From the IMG/VR virus record IMGVR_UViG_3300025483_000009, positions 1 through 60,514 of that record: a DNA stretch of 60,514 bases. One strand, 5' to 3'. Numbering within the stretch: the stretch's first letter is position 1; every line of letters begins with the position of its first letter. Under the pieces are notes generated by a model. That model searched no databases. It worked only from the letters and a program-made list of their open reading frames with translations, and had not been told where the DNA came from. This DNA comes from a virus (lineage: Duplodnaviria; Caudoviricetes). The position numbers and the translations under genes were made by a program. This document shows positions 48,358 through 57,270 of the stretch, in pieces.

Positions 48358-48978
48358 ATGTTTACTAAATTCCTGCCACTCGCGTTGGCAACCATTGTAC
48401 CTGCTGCTTGTGCCTATCCGAGCATCAGTGAAATCAAAAATCCACCTGCTCTCACTGTAGAACATGTGGTTGGTTTGGTTGATGCCGAGAAAGTGGTTGA
48501 AATCAAAGTAGAAAATAATACTTGGAAGTGTCCTGGATGTAATTACAATGAAAAATACGTCCTTGAAAAACTCCAAGAGAAAACAAAAATCTCTGACCGC
48601 AATGCCCTTGCAACGATCATGGGTAACATTAAGTCAGAGAGCAACTTCCATCCCAACATATGCGAGGGAGGGGCTAGAGTTCCTTACAACCGTTGCTATA
48701 GCGGGGGGTATGGTCTTATTCAGTGGACCTCAGTAGGACGCTACCGAAACCTCGGTAAGTTTGCCACTAAATATGGTTACGATCCTTCTACACTTGAGGG
48801 TCAGACAGCATACATGATCAACGAAAGTGTCTTTCAACGCTACCTTCCCGAATTTGAAGGTCGTGGTAAGACAGTCGATCAATACATGGTTGCTGCATAC
48901 TATTGGTTGGGTTGGGGTATCAAAGGACATCGACAACTCTACGCATACGATTACACTAAGAAACTAGTTTGGTCATGA
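48358..48978 (+). CDS. Phage tail-lysozyme family muramidase (putative endolysin) with N-terminal signal
   Basis: IMGNIKSESNF, GGYGLIQWT; hydrophobic leader ending PAAC. Confidence 0.8.
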   Translation: MFTKFLPLALATIVPAACAYPSISEIKNPPALTVEHVVGLVDAEKVVEIKVENNTWKCPGCNYNEKYVLEKLQEKTKISDRNALATIMGNIKSESNFHPNICEGGARVPYNRCYSGGYGLIQWTSVGRYRNLGKFATKYGYDPSTLEGQTAYMINESVFQRYLPEFEGRGKTVDQYMVAAYYWLGWGIKGHRQLYAYDYTKKLVWS

Positions 48979-49385
48979 TTATTCAAAAGTTGACAGAGAT
49001 CATCAAACCAAAAAAGCAGGAGGTTGAAACTCAAACCTCTTTGCTTGAAAAGAAGGCAGAACCTTTTCAGCGTGGTTACACTGGGACTGTTCCTGCACCA
49101 CCTTATCTCAAAGAAGATGAGTGGTTTGATCAACCAGTGTTGTCTGAAAAGCAACTTGAGATTCGTGCTCAACTTGAGAAAGAGAATCATCTTATCCCTC
49201 TGTCCGAAGATCAATCTCCCAAAGAGGTTGACAACATCCATGAGGTGATGTACAATATTGCTACCAGTGGAGGCAAGACCACTACTCAACTCAACCCTAT
49301 GCCTGAGTTGGGTGGTGGTTCTGAAAACTTCCAGTCTGGTCCTAGTGGTTGGATGTCTGGTACAGGTATGCGCCAGTTTGGTTAG
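48975..49385 (+). CDS. Hypothetical protein
   Basis: ATGA-coupled to the lysozyme gene. Confidence 0.65.
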   Translation: MIIQKLTEIIKPKKQEVETQTSLLEKKAEPFQRGYTGTVPAPPYLKEDEWFDQPVLSEKQLEIRAQLEKENHLIPLSEDQSPKEVDNIHEVMYNIATSGGKTTTQLNPMPELGGGSENFQSGPSGWMSGTGMRQFG

Positions 49386-49403
49386 GGTCTCTGACCCTTT
49401 TAT

Positions 49404-49477
49404 GCTTCAGTAGCTCAGTGGAACAGAGCATCGCTCTTCTAAAGCGTTGGTCGCTGGTTCGAGTCCAGCCTGAAGCG
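49404..49477 (+). tRNA. tRNA-Arg (TCT)
   Basis: GCTTCAG/CTGAAGC acceptor stem, loop CTTCTAA, TTCGAGT T-loop. Confidence 0.9.
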
Positions 49478-49481
49478 CCTT

Positions 49482-49563
49482 GTCGGTATGGCGGAATTGG
49501 TAGACGCGCCAGGTTTAGGTTCTGGTGTCTTATGACGTGGAGGTTCAAGTCCTCTTACCGACA
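49482..49563 (+). tRNA. tRNA-Leu (TAG)
   Basis: GTCGGTA/TACCGAC acceptor stem, loop TTTAGGT, long variable arm. Confidence 0.92.
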
Positions 49564-49566
49564 CTC

Positions 49567-49638
49567 GCTCGAATAGCTCAGCGGTAGAGCAGCACCTTTA
49601 CACGGTGAATGTCGGGGGTTCGATCCCCTCTTCGAGCA
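49567..49638 (+). tRNA. tRNA-Val (TAC)
   Basis: GCTCGAA/TTCGAGC acceptor stem, loop TTTACAC. Confidence 0.92.
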
Positions 49639-49666
49639 TTACTCATATGAGGTTAAATGCTTACAA

Positions 49667-49915
49667 ATGTTATCCGCTCGATGCAAAGTATGCAACAAAG
49701 AGTTGACCAGCACTAGCAAAGTCCAGTGCTGTGGTTGCTCTAATCAAATGCATGTCGTAGATGATACGGTTGGCGCAAATGACTTGAGTCAAGTTGTACT
49801 ACTGAATCATAAAAAGAATATTAAATATCAGGGAATTCTGACACATGATGACCTAAAATACCAGGAAGAACGACGCAAACGAAAAGTTCGTAAACTTGAT
49901 TTTGAGGAACGCTAA
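49667..49915 (+). CDS. Small Cys-rich (Zn-binding) hypothetical protein
   Basis: CKVC...CCGC; GAGG upstream. Confidence 0.7.
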   Translation: MLSARCKVCNKELTSTSKVQCCGCSNQMHVVDDTVGANDLSQVVLLNHKKNIKYQGILTHDDLKYQEERRKRKVRKLDFEER

Positions 49916-50121
49916 TGATCAGTCTCGATGACCGTTATCACTCTTACCTTCACACCAACAAATGTTTTTATATTGATGGGGTATGTGAAAAGGTAAAGGG
50001 TTATGGTTTTGAGTGTGATAATGTTAATATTATTGGGTACTATGTATTGACAACTAACTACAAGTTGCATTATAATCTCGAAGAACAGTTCACTTATAAA
50101 GAAAACCTTATCGGGGTATAG
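49915..50121 (+). CDS. Hypothetical protein
   Basis: GAGG RBS, TAATG coupling; stop lies inside tRNA-Pro. Confidence 0.6.
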   Translation: MISLDDRYHSYLHTNKCFYIDGVCEKVKGYGFECDNVNIIGYYVLTTNYKLHYNLEEQFTYKENLIGV

Positions 50122-50183
50122 CGCAGAGGTAGCGCGTTCCGTTTGGGGCGGAAAGGTCGCAGGTTCGATCCCTGCTACCCCGA
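50112..50183 (+). tRNA. tRNA-Pro (TGG)
   Basis: CGGGGTA/TACCCCG acceptor stem; TTCCG-TTTGGGG-CGGAA anticodon arm. Confidence 0.92.
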
Positions 50184-50212
50184 CTTGGTAACCTACCAAC
50201 AACATTATTAAG

Positions 50213-50872
50213 ATGAAAATTTTTCTAGACAGTGCAGATGTAGATGCAATTGCACAGCGATTTGCCACGGGACTTATCGATGGCGTGACTACAAATCCAA
50301 CTCTTATTAGAAAGAGTGGTAAAGATCCTAAGAAAGTTTACCGTCAACTTCGTGACATTGGTATCACCGATATCAGTATGGAAGTTGTAGGTGCAGTTGG
50401 TGAGATGTTTACTGAAGCACGAGAACTTTACACTGAGTTCAAAGATGTCTGCACAGTAAAACTTCCTTGTACTCTCGATGGTCTGCAAGTTTGTGAGTCC
50501 ATCTCAGCACAAGGCATTCGCACTAATGTTACCCTTATCTTTAGTGCTGCTCAGGCAATCCTAGCAGCAAAAGCAGGTGCTACATATGTCTCTCCATTCA
50601 TTGGTAGATATGATGACAACAGCATCAGTGGTTTGGAACTGGTTCGTTCTATCACTAGCATCTATCAAGTGCAGGGTGTAGAGACAAAAGTGCTTGCTGC
50701 TTCCCTGCGTGATGTATACAAAGTGTCTCGTTCTTTCTACAACGGAGCACATATTGTTACCATGCCTGTTGGTGTCTTTGATAAGATGTACAATCATGTT
50801 CTGACTGACAAAGGTCTAGAACTTTTCCAGAAAGACTACGACGAAACGATGGCAATGTTAGGCAATGATTGA
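50213..50872 (+). CDS. talC: Transaldolase (TalC/FSA family)
   Basis: FLDSAD, GVTTNPTL, NVTLIFS, YVSPFIGR. Confidence 0.96.
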   Translation: MKIFLDSADVDAIAQRFATGLIDGVTTNPTLIRKSGKDPKKVYRQLRDIGITDISMEVVGAVGEMFTEARELYTEFKDVCTVKLPCTLDGLQVCESISAQGIRTNVTLIFSAAQAILAAKAGATYVSPFIGRYDDNSISGLELVRSITSIYQVQGVETKVLAASLRDVYKVSRSFYNGAHIVTMPVGVFDKMYNHVLTDKGLELFQKDYDETMAMLGND

Positions 50873-51071
50873 AGTAACATTAGAAGAGTTTGAAAAAAAC
50901 TTCGATGCATATATGGATCGCATCGAAACCGAAGGAGCAGAGTTCCTGATTCGTAAACCTGATGGCAAAGCAGTTGTTGCTGTGCCAGCTGGACAACTGG
51001 AACAAATGTCAGAGGCAGTTGGTGAAGACGACTGGTATAATACTTACAACGACCACGACGACGCTTCATGA
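50865..51071 (+). CDS. Phd/YefM antitoxin-like small protein
   Basis: VTLEEFEKNFDAYMDRIE...FLIRKPDGKAVVAVP pattern; acidic C-terminus. Confidence 0.55.
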   Translation: MIEVTLEEFEKNFDAYMDRIETEGAEFLIRKPDGKAVVAVPAGQLEQMSEAVGEDDWYNTYNDHDDAS

Positions 51072-51304
51072 TCAAACCAACTGTCATCCTTGAGCAGTCT
51101 CCCTATCGCTTTGTACAATGCGGTACTATCGCACTCAATGGTATGCCTGACTATCGCATTCAAAAGTTTGACGAGTGGACCAAGCGATACAAAGACATGT
51201 ATTTGCTTGACAACCAGATGCAACTTGATGTATGCTTAGAAGATCCTGAGTACACCAAATGGTTAGATCCTGAGGGTGTCCCTTGCTACCGCAAATACGA
51301 CTGA
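51068..51304 (+). CDS. Conserved hypothetical protein
   Basis: NGMPDYRIQK, EDPEYTKWLDP; ATGA-coupled. Confidence 0.7.
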   Translation: MIKPTVILEQSPYRFVQCGTIALNGMPDYRIQKFDEWTKRYKDMYLLDNQMQLDVCLEDPEYTKWLDPEGVPCYRKYD

Positions 51305-51310
51305 TTTACT

Positions 51311-51709
51311 ATGTCTTGTTCTAACATTTCTACTCATGTTGATAATGCCATCGAAGAGGTGCGTCATGCACTGATTCATGCGCTGGAAAACAAAACTGAA
51401 TCTCGCGTCCAAAAACTTTTTGATGTTATTGCTGTGCTTGACGAAGTAAAGCGTGACCTAGGTTACAGTATTTCTGAGGGTAATCCTAAGGAATTCTGGA
51501 CTGATGCTACTGATTATTATGCTACTGACACTAGTCCGTATCGTTTTGATCTGAACTCTGATTACCTCAGCAGCACCCGCGTTGGTGGTGATCTCGATGC
51601 ACTCGATGATGTTGTCACCTTTGGTGCTGCACAACCAGTCGATCTTCCCACCAGTCTTGGTAAGGATGTTATTGACTTTGGTAACTACAAGTCTCGGGAA
51701 GACTCTTAA
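51311..51709 (+). CDS. Hypothetical protein
   Basis: 132-aa acidic ORF. Confidence 0.7.
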   Translation: MSCSNISTHVDNAIEEVRHALIHALENKTESRVQKLFDVIAVLDEVKRDLGYSISEGNPKEFWTDATDYYATDTSPYRFDLNSDYLSSTRVGGDLDALDDVVTFGAAQPVDLPTSLGKDVIDFGNYKSREDS

Positions 51710-51945
51710 ACTCGCCCTGGTGGAGCTAAGCAGAATCGCTGCTGGTCCAGTCTCGGGATGACTTTAAACGCGCCCTGGTCGGGATGGGTCATCGACCCCT
51801 CGGGTTTCTTTGTTCCTAAAACAAAGTGGTGCGGGTGATTGCTGCCGCCTGGTTTACATGTTCCAGTTAAAAATATGTTGGTGGTAAATCCCCTTCCGTG
51901 TGGTTGATTTCCTATTTTGCATCTGAACTAAAATAGGTGGCGAGC
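51690..51945 (+). ncRNA. Structured ncRNA candidate, possibly manA-like
   Basis: About 250-nt intergenic region with repeated hairpin modules each followed by TGG; near tRNAs and directly 5' of a gene. Confidence 0.6.
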
Positions 51946-51957
51946 CTGGAGTTACTC

Positions 51958-52494
51958 ATGTTTTTCATTCCACATTTTCAATATCATATCGAAGAGTGGG
52001 CAGATCAAAAAGATCAAATTCTTTCTGACCTGTATGCTTTTCATTCGCGTGTTGTGGAATGTAATGAGGGCGACACTATGCACTCTAGTTACTATGAGGA
52101 TACCGATTACTCAGAGTTTCAACCATTCATTGATATGATTGCCCCATATCTACGAATGATGAGTGCAGAGGTCCTTGAAAAGGGATACTCAGAAAAACCG
52201 ATTGATGATATCTCTCGCATCTGGTTTCAAATCCAGAAGCAGTATGAGTATCACAGTCTCCATAATCATGGCATGAGGGGTTGGTCTGCAGTCTTCTATG
52301 CAGACTTCAACCCTGCTGTCCATGAAGCAACCAAGTTTTACTGTCCTATCTACACGGTAGACGGTGAACTTGCTACCTTCCAACCTAGTGTACGAGAGGG
52401 TGACCTTTTTATTTTCCCTGCACAAATTAATCATGAGTCGGTTGTGCAACGCAGTGAAATTACTAGGACAATTATTTCATTAAACCTACACTAG
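51958..52494 (+). CDS. 2OG-Fe(II) oxygenase-like protein
   Basis: HNH, EGDLFIFPAQINHES, RTIISLN; GGAG RBS. Confidence 0.8.
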   Translation: MFFIPHFQYHIEEWADQKDQILSDLYAFHSRVVECNEGDTMHSSYYEDTDYSEFQPFIDMIAPYLRMMSAEVLEKGYSEKPIDDISRIWFQIQKQYEYHSLHNHGMRGWSAVFYADFNPAVHEATKFYCPIYTVDGELATFQPSVREGDLFIFPAQINHESVVQRSEITRTIISLNLH

Positions 52495-52501
52495 ATTTTT
52501 T

Positions 52502-52572
52502 GCGGGTGTGGTGTAGCGGTAACATGCGAGCCTTCCAAGCTCTTGTCACGGGTTCGATCCCCGTCACCCGCT
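52502..52572 (+). tRNA. tRNA-Gly (TCC)
   Basis: GCGGGTG/CACCCGC acceptor stem; GAGC-CTTCCAA-GCTC anticodon arm. Confidence 0.92.
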
Positions 52573-52618
52573 TTTATAAATACTTCTAGCTAAAAAATAT
52601 GTCTTCGGGACTGGAAGT

Positions 52619-53878
52619 ATGTCGAAACTATTAGCGAACCAGATCGCAAATTACAATGATAATGGACCAGTAGAAGCTAAGGAAGGTCTTAATATTGCAC
52701 AGAATAAACCACTGGAGTTGGGTGGTTCTGCTGGTAATGCTGGACAATACTTAGTTAGTAATGGTTCGTACCCTATCTGGCAAGATCTTCCAACGATTCC
52801 TGATGCTCAGGTTCAGGTTGACTGGAATGCAACCACTGGAATCACATCGATTCTGAACAAACCAGCACTGTCTAGTGTTGCTATCAGTGGTAGTTACAAT
52901 GATCTGATCAATAAACCAACCATTCCACCTGCTCAACTTCAGGCAGACTGGAATGCAATTAGTGGTGTAACATTTATTAAAAACAAACCAGCACTAGCAA
53001 CAGTCGCAACTTCTGGATTGTATTCCGACCTAGCAGGTCGTCCTTCTATTCCTGTTTCTCTATCTGACTTTGGTATTGGATCGCAGGACATTGACTTTGG
53101 ATCTTACAGAATCCTGTTCTCCAATGTCTATGCAACTCTGAACGATCTTCAGGCAATTAACGCTAGTACATACCATGGCATGTTTGCACATGTCCATGCT
53201 ACTGGTAAAGCATACTTCGCACACAATAATGCTTGGGTCCCCCTTGCAAACGAAGCAGATCTTCCAGCGTCTGTACCAACCACACTTGGTTCTCTTGACG
53301 ATGTTGATACAACTGGTGTTTTGGATGGACAAGTTCTGAAGTGGAATGCTGCTTCTAGTGAGTGGCAACCTGGAGCTGATCTTCTAGGTACTGGTGGTAG
53401 CGGTGGTGCTACTGTTACTACTGATGATGTTGCACCAACTGGACCAGTAGACGGAGACCTTTGGTGGAAGTCCGATGAAGGCAGACTAAAAGTTTATTAC
53501 AATGATGCAAACACTTCTCAGTGGGTCGATGCATCTCCACCACTGGCACAATCAACAAATGTTCCTGTTGCTGTTGGATATATTTTTCTGGATGGAACAT
53601 CTCCAACATGGACTGGAACGACAGGATATACAGTATCTGGAGCACAACCTGGCGGAGCAGGAACTGATTATGTAATTACTTTGACATTCCCAACAGCATA
53701 CTCAGCAAGAACAGATTATATTGTTCAAGTTACTTATGACTCAACTGATTATGTTTCTGGAAATGGCGCGTCAATTGGTGTTGCTAGAGGAACAAGTAGC
53801 GTTGTATTCACTCCAAGGAGATGGAATGAAGATCCATTAAGTCTAGGTGATATCATGGTTACTATTACCAATCTCTAA
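52619..53878 (+). CDS. Fibre-like virion structural protein
   Basis: TATAAATA at 52575; repeated QxDWNA...NKP and SGxYxDL units; DGDLWW. Confidence 0.8.
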   Translation: MSKLLANQIANYNDNGPVEAKEGLNIAQNKPLELGGSAGNAGQYLVSNGSYPIWQDLPTIPDAQVQVDWNATTGITSILNKPALSSVAISGSYNDLINKPTIPPAQLQADWNAISGVTFIKNKPALATVATSGLYSDLAGRPSIPVSLSDFGIGSQDIDFGSYRILFSNVYATLNDLQAINASTYHGMFAHVHATGKAYFAHNNAWVPLANEADLPASVPTTLGSLDDVDTTGVLDGQVLKWNAASSEWQPGADLLGTGGSGGATVTTDDVAPTGPVDGDLWWKSDEGRLKVYYNDANTSQWVDASPPLAQSTNVPVAVGYIFLDGTSPTWTGTTGYTVSGAQPGGAGTDYVITLTFPTAYSARTDYIVQVTYDSTDYVSGNGASIGVARGTSSVVFTPRRWNEDPLSLGDIMVTITNL

Positions 53879-53903
53879 ATAACACGGAAGGAGCATACAA
53901 CAA

Positions 53904-54872
53904 ATGGCAATCGATTTTCCCTCAACTGGTGGGCAACCAACTGACGGTACATTTACACACTCATCAGCAGGTATCACCTGGGAATGGGATGGTACTTCAT
54001 GGAAAGCTCGTGGTAGTTCTGACGCATACACACTACCAATTGCAAGTACAACTTCTTTAGGTGGTGTTAAAGTTGGAAACAACCTTGCAATTACTAGTGG
54101 TGGTGTTCTAAGTGCTACTGCATCTGCAACTGATCTGGATAGTTTGACTGATGTTACTCTGACATCACCAACCAGTGGACAGGTTTTGTCTTACAATGGA
54201 ACTGCTTGGGTCAACGCAGCAGGTGGCGGTGGTGGTGGATCTACTGATCTTGTCAATCTAACTGACACCACTATTGCTAACCCAGCATCCGATCATGTTC
54301 TAAGATATGATGGAACTGCATGGGTCAATGGTGTTGTTGAAAATGTAACTTTGAATGCAGTTACTACTCCTGCCGCAGCACATAGAATCACACTGACTGC
54401 AAATGGTATTGCAAGTCAGAAACTAATTAACGATGCTGCTCTCCTTTACTATCCACAGACACAGTTGCTGACTGGTCCTACTAATGTTCTGCAGAACAGA
54501 GCAACTGCGAGTGATACTGCTAACAGTGTTGCTGATGGTGTTCCTGTTGACATGACTATCGCTTGTGCTGGAACATATGCACTGCTGAAAGTTGAAACTG
54601 ATATCCCTGCATGGGTTACAATCTATGTTGATGCTACTAGCAGAACAGCAGACTCGGGAAGAGTTGAGACTGCAGACCCAGCACCTGGAGCAGGTGTCAT
54701 CGCTGAAGTTATTACTAGTGCCACAGGTTTGACTCAATTGATCACACCAGGAACAATTGGTTTCAATAACGATTCTCCTGTAACCTCTAATGTTTATGTT
54801 AAAGCAGTGAACAAGAGTGGTGCAACTAATGATCTTACTGTTACCCTAACATATGTAAAACTAGAGGCTTGA
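53904..54872 (+). CDS. Fibre-like virion structural protein
   Basis: TAAATA at 53876; YTLPIASTTSLGGVKVG; two LTD...VLxYxGTAWVN repeats. Confidence 0.8.
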   Translation: MAIDFPSTGGQPTDGTFTHSSAGITWEWDGTSWKARGSSDAYTLPIASTTSLGGVKVGNNLAITSGGVLSATASATDLDSLTDVTLTSPTSGQVLSYNGTAWVNAAGGGGGGSTDLVNLTDTTIANPASDHVLRYDGTAWVNGVVENVTLNAVTTPAAAHRITLTANGIASQKLINDAALLYYPQTQLLTGPTNVLQNRATASDTANSVADGVPVDMTIACAGTYALLKVETDIPAWVTIYVDATSRTADSGRVETADPAPGAGVIAEVITSATGLTQLITPGTIGFNNDSPVTSNVYVKAVNKSGATNDLTVTLTYVKLEA

Positions 54873-54873
54873 T

Positions 54874-56922
54874 ATGTCTGAAAAGGTTTACGTTGTAACT
54901 CTATACAAGTATGAAGATCTAGAAGATTTTTATACTGAGATGGAATCGAATGGATTCCGTATACATCTGAAGCGTCCTATCAGTAGAAACACACACTACT
55001 GGATGACTGATGAGCAGGCAGTAGAATTACGTAAAGATTCTAGAGTCTGGGATGTTCAATTGACTCCAGAAGAACTTGGCATGACGCCAGAAGCGAGTGG
55101 ATATTATGTAAACACAGAACCCTATACAATCAGTGGACAGTTCTGGAAGAGTGATACTACTGCACCAACAACAATTGATCCTACAGATTATCAGTGGGGT
55201 CATATTCATTGTGCAGGAACTACAGCACAAAGAAGAAAGGGTATATTCGGAACTGGTAATGTAGAGAAGGTAACTGATACGGTTGAAATTTTTAACAGTG
55301 GTAGACATGTTGATGTCGTCATCTGTGATGACCCAGTATCATATGATTGTACTGAATGGGATAGTCTTAGTAGTCCTGGAACCAGTAGATTTGTTCAGTA
55401 TGATTGGTTCAATGAACTCAATCAGTATGTAAGTTCCATTGATGACGACAGTCAGACATTGCCAACTGGTACTGTAACTTACAGAGACAATGCAACTAAT
55501 CCAACATACCACGGAACTCATGTTGCTGGAACTGTAGCAGGACAGCACTACGGGTGGGCAAGAGAAGCAAACATCTATGGTCTTCAGGTTCTAGGAACCA
55601 TGCCATCTAACCAGACTCTTCCTGCTCTGTTGATCTTTGATTATCTAAGAGCATTTCATCGTTACAAACCAATCAACCCTGCAACTGGTAAGAGAAATCC
55701 AACAGTATGTAATCACAGTTGGGGGTATGGATATGGTGGATGGGGCGATGTTTCCATCGCTGAGATCAATAATATCTATGATTCTGCCACTGGAAATAAT
55801 TACAACGCTGGCAATCCAAACCCTTCTGGTTGGACTCAAGCTGGAATCGACAAAGACTTTGGCGTTGGACCTAGACCTAATGGTAGATTGAATGCAATCT
55901 ATACAGCACTAGAAGCAGATGCTACTGATGCTATGGAAGACGGTGTGATTCAAGTTGGTGCTGCAAATAATAATAACCAACTGCAGGTTCACCCAAGTGA
56001 TTCTAGATACGATAGCATTGTTACTAGAAACGAAGGCAACTATCCTTTGTATAAAGGATCTGCTCCAACAAATGCACCTGGATTTATCTGTGTAGGTGCT
56101 ATTGAAAACAGAGACGATTTTAGAAGAGCAACCTATACAAACTACGGTCCTCGTGTCGATATCTTTGCACCTGGATCTAATATTGTTTCTGCATTTGGAA
56201 CCACTGGTATTGCAGATAGCAAGTATGGTGGTAGTAATTACTACTATCCTATTGGTGGAACTAGCATGGCATCACCACAAGTATGTGGTGTCCTAGCATG
56301 TGTAGCATCTGGTAAAGACAGATTCACAAACGATGATGCAATTCAGTATCTTCGTAGAACTGGATTGACTGGTGATATGACATTTGATATTGGTGGCACT
56401 GCCCCTGGAACATTTGCTTTCGATGTTCCATCAGCAACATTCTCTGACTATAGTTTGACTGGAAGTGATAGACTTAACACTTGGATTAATCAGGCAGACC
56501 CAGATCTCTTTATCTATGAAGGAGATACAATTACATTTAACATTAACAATCTAACATCACACCCATTTGAAATCAGATCTGCATTGGGTGGACCAGCAGT
56601 TCCTGGTGTTGTTAACAATGGAGCTACGAATGGATTGGTTGAATGGGATACGACTGGAGTTACACCTGGAACATACTATTATCAGTGTACCGTACACTCT
56701 AGTATGAATGGACAGATTAATATTCAGGAATCTGATCAAGGATCTCAGGCAGACAATACATGTCAGCAAGGTAGTCCTAACCTAGAACTTCGTGCCGTCA
56801 ATGAAAGACAGGATGTAATTGACAACGGTGGATTCGTTGATCATCTTAATTTTACTAGAAGATTTGAAAAGTCAAATCAATTGTATCCTAGAAGGAAGTC
56901 TATATTTATTGCCGACGCATAA
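54874..56922 (+). CDS. Subtilisin (S8) serine protease with C-terminal cupredoxin-like domain
   Basis: VICDD, HGTHVAG, GTSMASP triad; HPF...YQCTVHSSM. Confidence 0.88.
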   Translation: MSEKVYVVTLYKYEDLEDFYTEMESNGFRIHLKRPISRNTHYWMTDEQAVELRKDSRVWDVQLTPEELGMTPEASGYYVNTEPYTISGQFWKSDTTAPTTIDPTDYQWGHIHCAGTTAQRRKGIFGTGNVEKVTDTVEIFNSGRHVDVVICDDPVSYDCTEWDSLSSPGTSRFVQYDWFNELNQYVSSIDDDSQTLPTGTVTYRDNATNPTYHGTHVAGTVAGQHYGWAREANIYGLQVLGTMPSNQTLPALLIFDYLRAFHRYKPINPATGKRNPTVCNHSWGYGYGGWGDVSIAEINNIYDSATGNNYNAGNPNPSGWTQAGIDKDFGVGPRPNGRLNAIYTALEADATDAMEDGVIQVGAANNNNQLQVHPSDSRYDSIVTRNEGNYPLYKGSAPTNAPGFICVGAIENRDDFRRATYTNYGPRVDIFAPGSNIVSAFGTTGIADSKYGGSNYYYPIGGTSMASPQVCGVLACVASGKDRFTNDDAIQYLRRTGLTGDMTFDIGGTAPGTFAFDVPSATFSDYSLTGSDRLNTWINQADPDLFIYEGDTITFNINNLTSHPFEIRSALGGPAVPGVVNNGATNGLVEWDTTGVTPGTYYYQCTVHSSMNGQINIQESDQGSQADNTCQQGSPNLELRAVNERQDVIDNGGFVDHLNFTRRFEKSNQLYPRRKSIFIADA

Positions 56923-56946
56923 ATAGATGAGCCTTGACTCTCTATT

Positions 56947-57270
56947 ATGTCGGATACAAAACCCGCTGTAGAGAAGCAAGACCACGATGAAGATAAAAGT
57001 GAAGTTCTTGGTAATTTGGTGAAAGTTGTTGTACTTATATGGTCTGCTTCTCTTCTCACATTCTCCTATGTTAGACTTCCAAACGGTCAAAAGATTTTAG
57101 ATTTCGACCCAACTTTTATTGCATCTGTGTTTTCTGGATCGCTAGCTGCGTTCGGACTCTCTCCTGCTAAAGCAGGTGGCAATGGCAATGGCAAAGCAGC
57201 TCAAGCGAAAAAGGAAGAACCTCTTGTTGTTTCAGCTGTAGAGCCAAAGAAAGATGCAAAAGATTATTAA
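56947..57270 (+). CDS. Membrane protein with two hydrophobic segments
   Basis: ATAAATA at 56919; VVVLIWSASLLTFSY and DPTFIASVFSGSLAAFGL. Confidence 0.75.
   Translation: MSDTKPAVEKQDHDEDKSEVLGNLVKVVVLIWSASLLTFSYVRLPNGQKILDFDPTFIASVFSGSLAAFGLSPAKAGGNGNGKAAQAKKEEPLVVSAVEPKKDAKDY

Noticed and set aside
51690-51782. CRISPR mini-array
   Set aside because: Only two imperfect copies with a short spacer and no cas genes; better explained as RNA structural modules
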